In this document: positions 55,624 through 64,000 of the stretch, piece after piece | Numbering within the stretch: the stretch's first letter is position 1 | How the letters are laid out: each line of letters starts with the position of its first letter | Source: an uncultured Verrucomicrobiae bacterium | Lineage (GTDB): Bacteria; Verrucomicrobiota; Verrucomicrobiia; Chthoniobacterales; JAFAMB01 | Direction of reading: 5' to 3' | NCBI GenBank assembly: GCA_963762565.1 | Contig: CAVXLD010000003.1 | Span: 192,001-256,000 of the forward strand | DNA: 64,000 nucleotides | Made by a program: the position numbers and the translations under genes | Notes under the pieces: generated by a model | What the model saw: the letters and a program-made list of their open reading frames with translations, nothing else | Databases searched by the model: none | Told to the model about the DNA's origin: nothing

Positions 55624-56460
55624 TTATCGCTCAAAAAACCCCTGTTTGGCCGCTGCTTGGCGCAATGCCTCGTACCCGTCGAGATGCGGTGATTCCCAGT
55701 GATGCAGGCCTTCGGCTTCGAGCACGACACGATGGTTTGGATTATCGTAGCTCATGCCGGATAAGGCTTCAGCGAAGTCTTTGGCTAATGACGGATCAAG
55801 ATCAGCCCGCGCCGTAAACATGCAGTGATTGAACGGCGGTGAGGTCCAGATCTCGGTGAGCGCGCCTTCGGGTACCAAGTGCTGAGCCTGGACCGTCTTC
55901 CAGAAGGGACTGCCGATGGCGCCGGCATCGGCGCGGCCATCAAGCGCAGCTCGAACAACTTCGACTTCACTTGTGCCCGTGTCACCATGTTTCCCGAGAT
56001 CACTATTGAAGCGCACCGTTTGGTAGTCCTTTCCTTCAATCAGACCTTCGCCCTCTAGAAAATAGGCTGGCAAAATGGCAGCATGACCGCTGTCGCGGCT
56101 GCCAAGAGCCAGAGTGCGATTTCTGAGATCAGCCAGCGAAGCGACCGGCCCGCCGCTGGCCGCTACGATCTTGGTGGTCCAACCGATATCGGTGTCGCGC
56201 ATTGCGATCGGCCGGCAGGATTCCTTGCTCCAGGTCTCGGCTTGAAGGTACGCCAGGTTGGTGTTCCAGGCGATGTCAATGCGCGGCGTAGGATCGCCAG
56301 GTTGGGAAAGCAGCGCGGCCACCTGCTTTTCGTAACTCTGGAAGAGGATGACCTCGACAGGCAGGTGCGCTTCTTCGTGAAAGTAACGTCGCATGCCTTC
56401 CCAGATGGTGACCACTTTGGGATCATATGCCACTGCGCCTATCCAGATTGTTCGGCTCAT
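55624..56460 (-). CDS. PhnD-like substrate-binding-fold protein without signal peptide (Rv1680-like)
   Basis: GAVAYDPKVVTIW, IDIAWN, MRDTD, GKHGDTGTSE, HCMF. Confidence 0.8.
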   Translation of the reverse strand: MSRTIWIGAVAYDPKVVTIWEGMRRYFHEEAHLPVEVILFQSYEKQVAALLSQPGDPTPRIDIAWNTNLAYLQAETWSKESCRPIAMRDTDIGWTTKIVAASGGPVASLADLRNRTLALGSRDSGHAAILPAYFLEGEGLIEGKDYQTVRFNSDLGKHGDTGTSEVEVVRAALDGRADAGAIGSPFWKTVQAQHLVPEGALTEIWTSPPFNHCMFTARADLDPSLAKDFAEALSGMSYDNPNHRVVLEAEGLHHWESPHLDGYEALRQAAAKQGFFER

Positions 56461-56545
56461 AAAACGGGGGACGGAGTATTGGAGTATTGGAGTACTGCAG
56501 TGTTGGAGTACCGCAGTGTTGGAGTGCTGGGTGGAGTTTTTGCGG

Positions 56546-57691
56546 TCAGAACAGCGGGATTCCTAGAACTGCCTTTCCAATAAATTCCCGGAGGACATCA
56601 CCCGTCGGCGCCATCACGGCGCCCGCTTGAGCATCACGGAATAGCCGCTCAACATTCAGGTGTTTAGAGAAGGCTGAACCACCGCACACTCGCATGGCGG
56701 TCGAAGTGACGCCGATAGCAGTGTCGCCGCCGGCAGCTTTGGTCTCAAGCACGCGTAACATGGTCGTATCCCGCGGCCGCTCAAGATGGTCAACCAAGTC
56801 GTCGATGCGCGCGGAAAGGCCATCGGTATCGATCTGCATGGTGGCGAGCTGGGCGCGCAATGTGGGTAAGCTTTCTCCGAGTGTTTGTCCGAGATGCTCG
56901 AACCGAGCGGTCTTGAGATGCGTGGCCGTGGCTGCGACCGCGGCGCGACAGAGACCTAGGGCGACGGCCGCCGTACCCAGGCAAAACAGCGGCATTACCA
57001 CGTTTAACATGGCTGGGAAACCTTTCGCGTCGTCGGTGAGCTGGAGCTCCAAAGGGACCTCGCATCCATCGAATGTCATCGGAGCGGACGCGTTTGCGCG
57101 CAACCCCAACCCATCCCAAGCGCCCGCTATTGAAAGCCCGCGCAAACTAGCGGGAACCAGGTATAGTGTGGAATCGGTAGGACCTGTTCCTTCGGGCGCA
57201 AGCGTCGACACTACGTAACTGTGGGCGCAACCAGCGCTCGTTACCCACGACTTCTTGGCTGTGATGTAGACGCCGGCGCCGTTGCGGCGCGCGCGAGAGA
57301 TTGGCGCCCAAAAGTGACTTCGGGAGCCAGATTCGCTGAACGCGAGCGTGGACAAATGCTGGCCACCGGCGATGTCTTTAAGGGTCTGGGCAATGCCGGC
57401 TCCTGGGCGTGCCGCAGCGATGGTTGCGGTGGCACAGATATGCATCAGATACACCATTGCTACCGATGCATCGGACTCCGCCAGGGTTGCGGTAACCGCC
57501 GCAAATGCTCTCGGTCCGAGAGCTGCGCCACCAAGGTCTGCCGGTAACATCAGCCCGAGCAGCCCGGCGTTTCCCAAGGCTTCGATGGCCTCCGTTGAGA
57601 AACGACCTTCTTTATCATTTTGCCGGGCCGCCGGCGCTAGCACCCGGTTGCTTATCTCTTGAGCCTGTGAACACGCTGTTTCATGATTCAT
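56546..57691 (-). CDS. Acyl-CoA dehydrogenase family flavoprotein (Rv1679-like)
   Basis: TLAFSESGSRSHFWAP, KSWVTSAG, WDGLGLRANAS, ERLFRDA..G.VMAPT. Confidence 0.88.
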   Translation of the reverse strand: MNHETACSQAQEISNRVLAPAARQNDKEGRFSTEAIEALGNAGLLGLMLPADLGGAALGPRAFAAVTATLAESDASVAMVYLMHICATATIAAARPGAGIAQTLKDIAGGQHLSTLAFSESGSRSHFWAPISRARRNGAGVYITAKKSWVTSAGCAHSYVVSTLAPEGTGPTDSTLYLVPASLRGLSIAGAWDGLGLRANASAPMTFDGCEVPLELQLTDDAKGFPAMLNVVMPLFCLGTAAVALGLCRAAVAATATHLKTARFEHLGQTLGESLPTLRAQLATMQIDTDGLSARIDDLVDHLERPRDTTMLRVLETKAAGGDTAIGVTSTAMRVCGGSAFSKHLNVERLFRDAQAGAVMAPTGDVLREFIGKAVLGIPLF

Positions 57692-57869
57692 GATGCCTCC
57701 GTGGCGGCCACTCTATAGTGAGTTCTTTCATCAACCCAAGCAGCACTCGCGATGCGTCCCGTGAACCTGGCAAAGCGGCCTCAATTTGATCATTGTATGA
57801 AAAGAATCTCGCTGAGCCACACCAAAGTTGGAGTCTTTTCGCGCTCGTATTCCACGATTCGTGGGTCTC

Positions 57870-58895
<1,026 letters not shown>

Positions 58896-58940
58896 GAGGT
58901 CACGAAAACGTAGTTCGTTTTGCGCTGAGGCGACTATTTA

Positions 58941-59627
58941 ATGAAGCAGTTTTCCCAAGCGTTCAACGTTGTCAGTCAACACCGCCTGCTCAAAGTGCTT
59001 GATGAGACCTCGCAAGAAGGGCTCGCCGGAATCGCCAACTTGCGGGATTATGCCGGGGCTGAAGTTCTCTATCACGAGGGCGAGGACGCGACGGATGTCT
59101 GGGTGGTTGTGACCGGCCAGGTGCAGCTGGTAAAGCTGACCACCAAGGGTCACGAATTCATGATCGAGTTAGCCATACCTCAAGATTTGTTCGGTGCGGT
59201 TTTCTACGCCGACTGCCCGCGGTATCCGGTGACGGCGGTTGCCTTGGAGGCGGCTAGAGTGATCCATTTTCCAATCCGGGAAATGCACGATCTCCTGGCC
59301 CGGAATCCGCGTTTCATGAAGGAAGTGTTAGCTGACACCTGTATGCGCCTTTGTCATGCCCAACACATGCGAGGTTTGACTATTGAAGATGTTCCGATGC
59401 GAATTGCGGGCGCATTGGTTTACCTCTTTGAGAAATTTGGTCCGGAGATCCCGGAAAGCAGGGTCACGTTGGCTAAATTGGCTGGTACCACGGTTGAGTC
59501 CGCGATCCGGTTTTCGCGCCAGCTGGTCGAGGCGAAAATCATCGCCACCGAGCGCGGACGCATCGAGATCCTGTCGTCGAAACGGTTGTACAAATTTGCG
59601 GCTGAAGGTTCGATAGATTCCGAATAG
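58941..59627 (+). CDS. Crp/Fnr family regulator
   Basis: LYHEGE, GQVQL.K....G.E, FG, YPVTAVA, LAKLAGTTVESAIR. Confidence 0.88.
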   Translation: MKQFSQAFNVVSQHRLLKVLDETSQEGLAGIANLRDYAGAEVLYHEGEDATDVWVVVTGQVQLVKLTTKGHEFMIELAIPQDLFGAVFYADCPRYPVTAVALEAARVIHFPIREMHDLLARNPRFMKEVLADTCMRLCHAQHMRGLTIEDVPMRIAGALVYLFEKFGPEIPESRVTLAKLAGTTVESAIRFSRQLVEAKIIATERGRIEILSSKRLYKFAAEGSIDSE

Positions 59628-59634
59628 AAAAAAT

Positions 59635-59666
59635 GGTTCTTTTATGATGGTGATCATAGAAGAACC
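59635..59666. promoter_or_regulatory. Palindrome with Fnr-box-like core upstream of copA
   Basis: GGTTCTTTTATGAT-GGTG-ATCATAGAAGAACC. Confidence 0.55.
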
Positions 59667-59691
59667 GTAGGAGTCAGGGCTACCTTAGCTC

Positions 59692-62076
59692 ATGCAAGAG
59701 AGGCATGGGAACGACTCGGTTCGGCAAATGCCGGTTGAGGGGCACGGTCACGACGGACATCATCACGAGGGGCATCATTGCGCTCACGCCGCGCCTGTAA
59801 CTTCCGCATCGGAAACAGAAACCAAGCCCTATTATTGCCCGATGTGTCCGGGAGTCGAGTCGGAAGAACCTGGCGATTGTCCGAAGTGTGGGATGTCGCT
59901 GGAACCCAATCCCAGCTATCGCGCGTCTGCAGGTAAGGCGATTTATACCTGTCCGATGCATCCCCAGATCGAGCGGGATCATCCCGGCGATTGCCCGATC
60001 TGCGGGATGGCGCTGGAGCTCAAAACGGCCGGATTGGGTGAGAGTGGAGATTCCGAGGCCGAATCCCTGGCCGGAAAGTTTTGGCTGGGCGCGATACTTA
60101 CGGTGCCGATCCTCTTTCTTTCAGTCGGGAAGATGGTTCCGGGCTTAGGTCTCGGCCACCTGGTGCCGGCGCCGATTAACGAGTGGATTCAGCTCGCGCT
60201 GGCGACCGTGGTGGTATTCTGGTGCGGCGGCATCTTTTTCGTGCGGGCGTGGCGCTCGGTCGTCAATCGGAGCCTCAATATGTTTACGTTGATTGGGCTC
60301 GGTGTTGGGGCTGCTTATCTTTACAGCGCGATCGCGACGGTGTCGCCGGGCGTTTTCCCGGAATCGTTTAAGCATCGTGGCGAGTTGGATCTTTATTTTG
60401 AGGCTGCCGCCGTGATTACTGTGCTGGTCTTGCTTGGCCAATGGCTGGAGGCAAGGGCGCGGCGACGGACAGGTAAGGCCATCGAAGGGCTACTCGGTTT
60501 GGCCCCGAAGACGGCCCACCGTTTAACCGAGGCGGGCGTCGAAGAAGAGGTGCCGCTCGAGGCGTTGGAACCGGAGCATCTGGTTCGAGTGCGACCAGGG
60601 GAGAAGGTTCCAGTAGACGGAACGATCACCGATGGGGCGAGCTCAGTGGACGAATCCATGCTAACCGGTGAGTCGCTACCGGTTGAAAAAAACGCCGGTG
60701 ACAAAGTTATTGGCGCAACCCTGAATCAGACCGGTAGCTTTGTGATGCGGGTTGAAAAAACCGGGTCAGAGACGGTTCTCTCTCAGATCGTACAGATGGT
60801 CGCGGACGCGCAACGTAGCCGGGCGCCAATTCAAAAAGTGGCGGATCAAGTCGCAGGGTACTTTGTTCCGGCTGTCATTGCAGTCTCGATTCTCACGGCG
60901 TTGATTTGGGCGATTTGGGGTCCTCCGCCAGCGTTCGGATTCGCTGTGGTCAATGCGGTGGCCGTGCTGATCATCGCGTGTCCCTGTGCGCTTGGTCTTG
61001 CTACTCCCATGTCAATCATGGTGGGGGTGGGGCGCGGTGCGCAAGCCGGTATATTAGTAAAGAACGCTGAGGCTCTGGAAACCGCGGAAAAAATTACCCA
61101 TCTAATCGTAGACAAAACGGGTACCTTGACGGTTGGGAAACCGCAGATCACAGATTTAGTCAGTTCCGCCGGATTTGAGGAAAACGCTTTGTTGTCATTG
61201 GCGGCGGCGGTTGAGGTTCACAGCGAGCATCCGTTAGCTGGCGCGGTTGTCAGCGAGGCGAAGCAGAGAGGTATCCACCTGCGAGAAGCGGAGAAGTTCC
61301 AATCGATAACCGGGGCGGGTATCAAGGGGGTAGTAGATGATAGCGACGTGTTAGTGGGGAACCGCGACTTCTTACTAGGGAACGGAGTTAACGTTTCGGA
61401 CGAACTAACCGACCGAGCGGATCAACTGAGCGATCAGGCAAGAAGTGTGGTTTGGGTAGCGAGCGCGGGCCGAGCGGTCGGGATAATCGGGATTGCCGAT
61501 CCGGTCAAGGACACGACGGCGAGCGCAATCCAGCAGCTCCATGCTATGGGCATTACCATTGTGATGGCAACCGGCGATAATCCAAGAACGGCTCAAGTCG
61601 TTGCGCAGCGATTACGCATCGACGAGGTGCGAGCCGGCCTTAAACCGGAAGATAAACAGCGGCTGGTGCAGGAATTGAAGGCAAAAGGCGCGAAGGTAGC
61701 GGTGGCGGGCGACGGAATTAATGATGCGCCGGCTTTAGCCGCCGCGGACGTAGGTATCGCCATGGGCACCGGTACCGACGTCGCCATGCAAAACGCCGGT
61801 ATAACCTTATTGAGGGGAGATCTGAACGGGATCGCTATGGCGTTAATTCTCAGTAAGCAGGTTATGCAAAATATCCGCCAGAACTTGTTCTTCGCCTTTA
61901 TCTACAACCTGCTGGGAGTTCCGATCGCAGCGGGAATTCTTTATCCATTTGTCGGGCTTTTGCTTAACCCGATGATCGCCGGCGCGGCCATGTCCTTCAG
62001 CTCGCTATCGGTTGTGAGCAACGCGCTCCGGCTCACTAAGCTAAGTTTGGTGGGGCGAGGCTCCCGCGCGGTCTGA
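59692..62076 (+). CDS. copA: Cu(I)-type P1B ATPase
   Basis: His-rich N-terminus, YYCPMC/YTCPMH domains, [35 protein letters not shown]. Confidence 0.93.
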   Translation: MQERHGNDSVRQMPVEGHGHDGHHHEGHHCAHAAPVTSASETETKPYYCPMCPGVESEEPGDCPKCGMSLEPNPSYRASAGKAIYTCPMHPQIERDHPGDCPICGMALELKTAGLGESGDSEAESLAGKFWLGAILTVPILFLSVGKMVPGLGLGHLVPAPINEWIQLALATVVVFWCGGIFFVRAWRSVVNRSLNMFTLIGLGVGAAYLYSAIATVSPGVFPESFKHRGELDLYFEAAAVITVLVLLGQWLEARARRRTGKAIEGLLGLAPKTAHRLTEAGVEEEVPLEALEPEHLVRVRPGEKVPVDGTITDGASSVDESMLTGESLPVEKNAGDKVIGATLNQTGSFVMRVEKTGSETVLSQIVQMVADAQRSRAPIQKVADQVAGYFVPAVIAVSILTALIWAIWGPPPAFGFAVVNAVAVLIIACPCALGLATPMSIMVGVGRGAQAGILVKNAEALETAEKITHLIVDKTGTLTVGKPQITDLVSSAGFEENALLSLAAAVEVHSEHPLAGAVVSEAKQRGIHLREAEKFQSITGAGIKGVVDDSDVLVGNRDFLLGNGVNVSDELTDRADQLSDQARSVVWVASAGRAVGIIGIADPVKDTTASAIQQLHAMGITIVMATGDNPRTAQVVAQRLRIDEVRAGLKPEDKQRLVQELKAKGAKVAVAGDGINDAPALAAADVGIAMGTGTDVAMQNAGITLLRGDLNGIAMALILSKQVMQNIRQNLFFAFIYNLLGVPIAAGILYPFVGLLLNPMIAGAAMSFSSLSVVSNALRLTKLSLVGRGSRAV

Positions 62077-62339
62077 GAGCTTTTTCAGGGACTGCGGCCC
62101 GAACAAACATGAGGTATTTTCGGGTGTTGCGCCCGCCGAGCCGGACCCATGGTGTCGCTTTGATCCAAGGTTTTGCATAATACTTAGGTTCGATTATTTG
62201 GCCCGCCCTAGTTCATGATGGGCATTGCCAGGCGCTGGACCGCGGCTCGGCAATTTTTCGGCCCTTCCTGCTATAAAGAGAGACAACTTCAGGCGCCTTG
62301 CTCAGCCATTAAGGAAGATCCGGAGCCTCGCCCCACCAA
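62047..62339. repeat. Family C element overlapping the copA 3' end
   Basis: TTGGTGGGGCGAGGCTCC...GGAGCCTCGCCCCACCAA. Confidence 0.85.
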
Positions 62340-62386
62340 CCCTTTGACCTGCTCCGGCTATTTCCTGTCTTAGCGTTTATGGGGCT

Positions 62387-62611
62387 TTAGCCCTGGTCTC
62401 TCGAAGCGCAACACGCCGGGCCCTGTATGGACGGGCACTTTACTGAGCCGTATGAACAGAACACGCAGCAGTCACCCGGCTTGGGGCGAAGCAGGGTGTG
62501 ACAGCTCGTGCATTCGTAAAAGAACTGGCAGGAGTCGATCGGCATGGTCTCGCGCTTCGCGAAACCGCAGATCGGACAAACTAGCTCAGACTCCAAGATG
62601 GGCGTGTTCAC
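62387..62611 (-). CDS. GDCCVxC domain small Cys-rich protein
   Basis: CPICG...E.MP...C.FFYEC..C...LRPKPGDCCVFCSYG..KCP. Confidence 0.88.
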   Translation of the reverse strand: MNTPILESELVCPICGFAKRETMPIDSCQFFYECTSCHTLLRPKPGDCCVFCSYGSVKCPSIQGPACCASRDQG

Positions 62612-62649
62612 AGCAGATCTCGAAGATGAAATAGATGCAGATTACACAG

Positions 62650-62696
62650 CCCCGAACCCCGAAAGCTGTTCCCCCGGAGGTTTTCGGGGTTCGGGG
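62650..62696. other. Strong hairpin between merT-like and GDCCVxC genes
   Basis: CCCCGAACCCCGAAA...TTTCGGGGTTCGGGG. Confidence 0.7.
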
Positions 62697-62729
62697 GAAC
62701 ATTCTTCGGGGTAAAATTACGCGAATTAT

Positions 62730-63010
62730 TCAGTGTAAGTAGAAGAGAGGGATAAGCCAAGGCAAAGCGATCAAGCCGAAAGCAAGTGCGGACGTAATCC
62801 AAAATGCCAATCGCAAGCTCTTTATTGGGTTGTGTTGGACGCGGGACGATTCGCGATCACAAACCCGGGGGCAATAGATGCGATGAAAGGAATAGAAGTG
62901 GAAGGGTAGTGAGAGGTTAAAGAGTGAGAAGAGATATGAGAGTTAAAGAATAAGTATAGCGCAGCAGAGCTGATTTTAGTAAAAAGAATGTTTTTGTTTG
63001 CGCCTGATAT
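62730..63010 (-). CDS. merT: MerT-like mercuric transporter; 5' part corrupted, start approximate
   Basis: C-terminus reads LRLAFWITSALAFGLIALPWLIPLFYLH*; CC codons at ~62962-62967. Confidence 0.6.
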
Positions 63011-63049
63011 GGGTATCTCTAATCTGAGACGGAAAGGTAATTGGAGTAG

Positions 63050-63700
63050 GTTGTTGTGTTTGTTAAGGGTAAGGGTTTGATTTTTAGTAAATGTTGTTTT
63101 AGCGTTTGGTTTTTCTGGTTAAGATTGCTGTGCGATGTTGAGATGTTGAATGAGTTGCTGCGTTTGCGGATGTGCGTTTGCGAGATAAAAAACGGTGTTG
63201 AAGCGTTTGGATAAATTCAGTGCGTAGTTTCTGATGTCAGGGTGATATTGGCTCTTACGCGGCGCACTATCGCTGCGAGATGTTCGCGCTTCTATTTGCT
63301 AAGAGCATAGATGTCAGCGCTGCGGTACGAGTCGGTTATGGCAGTGAAGCTTTTAGACTCTGTAGCATCAGAGACAATGGTTAACTCATTAAAAGACACT
63401 CGTTTTTTTCAAAATAGATGTACGCTTGGTGATTGATTCGCGGTTGGAGGTTTCGGACAGACAACGGCTAATATGTTCCCGTGCGTTGAGCTAGGCCTCG
63501 CTAATTGCTGGGTCATGCTCGAGCTCGAGTAGAATGGTTTAGATATGCTGCCGCAACGATTTGCGGAGCGGCTTCGCATCTGAATGTACTGCGAAAAAGG
63601 TGACGTCTCCTGTTCTTGCTTTGACGATCGCGTCTTCGGCTAGAGCACACGTGGCACTCAGCAGTGCAAGAAAGCCGGTGGTCAATCTGGTTCTGTGCAT
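63050..63700 (-). CDS. Exported protein with reconstructed C-x7-C motif; many indels, end approximate
   Basis: Signal MHRTRLTTGFLALLSATCALA; frame-corrected FRCEAAPQI(G)CGSISKPILLELEHDPAISEA. Confidence 0.6.
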
Positions 63701-63723
63701 AGGATGAATCGTTCTCGGTAGGC

Positions 63724-63755
63724 ATCCTACACTCCGGAGTAGAGTACGGAGTAAG
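63724..63755 (-). promoter_or_regulatory. MerR-type operator/promoter
   Basis: CTTACT-20 bp-TAGGAT with dyad ACTCCG-N10-CGGAGT; resembles the Tn21 mer operator half-site TCCGTAC. Confidence 0.8.
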
Positions 63756-63765
63756 GCCGCTCTGA

Positions 63766-64000
63766 TCATTCAGCCAGGCTTTCAATAATCGGGCAAGCTT
63801 CAGGATCTCGGCGTTTCGCGCACAGAGATGTTTTAGAGAGAGCGGCCTGTATCCTCCGTAACTGTGTGAGTTTTCTTGACCGAATCTAGGTTTTCTAGAG
63901 CGAGTTTTTGAACTTGTTGGCAGTCAGAGCTGGATAGCTCGAGCAGCGCGCGAATATCCGCGAGTGAAAATCCGAGGTGCTGAGCGCGGCGGATGAAACG
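63766..64000 (-). CDS. merR: Hg(II)-type MerR regulator, 3' part, one frameshift near 63870
   Basis: RFIRRAQHLGFSLADIRALL..DCQQV then LTQLRRIQAAL..LCAKRRDPEACPIIESLAE*. Confidence 0.85.

Overview
64-kb bacterial chromosomal window of moderate GC. Gene content (Zn-ribbon Ser/Thr kinases with TPRs, kinase-linked ECF, HAF-repeat proteins, dense REP-like repeats) suggests soil Verrucomicrobiota such as Chthoniobacterales; this is inference only. The left half holds secreted proteins, two paralogous kinases, transporters and hydrolases. The right half is metal/metalloid oriented. An arsS radical-SAM/glycosyltransferase cluster appears split by a ~14-kb insert bounded by a duplicated His-rich EamA gene end. 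The insert carries czcCBA, an ECF/anti-sigma pair and five copies of a G(G/A)AATAA-N15-GTC(T/A) promoter motif. Further right are an Rv1679/1680/1681-like triad, Crp/Fnr-copA, and a mer-like operon missed by the ORF track (merR, operator, unusual exported Cys protein, merT, GDCCVxC). At least seven intergenic repeat families occur, some nested. Indels and two C-depleted stretches (57.9-58.9 and 62.9-63.4 kb) indicate low consensus quality on the right. No rRNA, tRNA, CRISPR array, integrase or transposase was seen. Family assignments come from motif recognition, not database searches.
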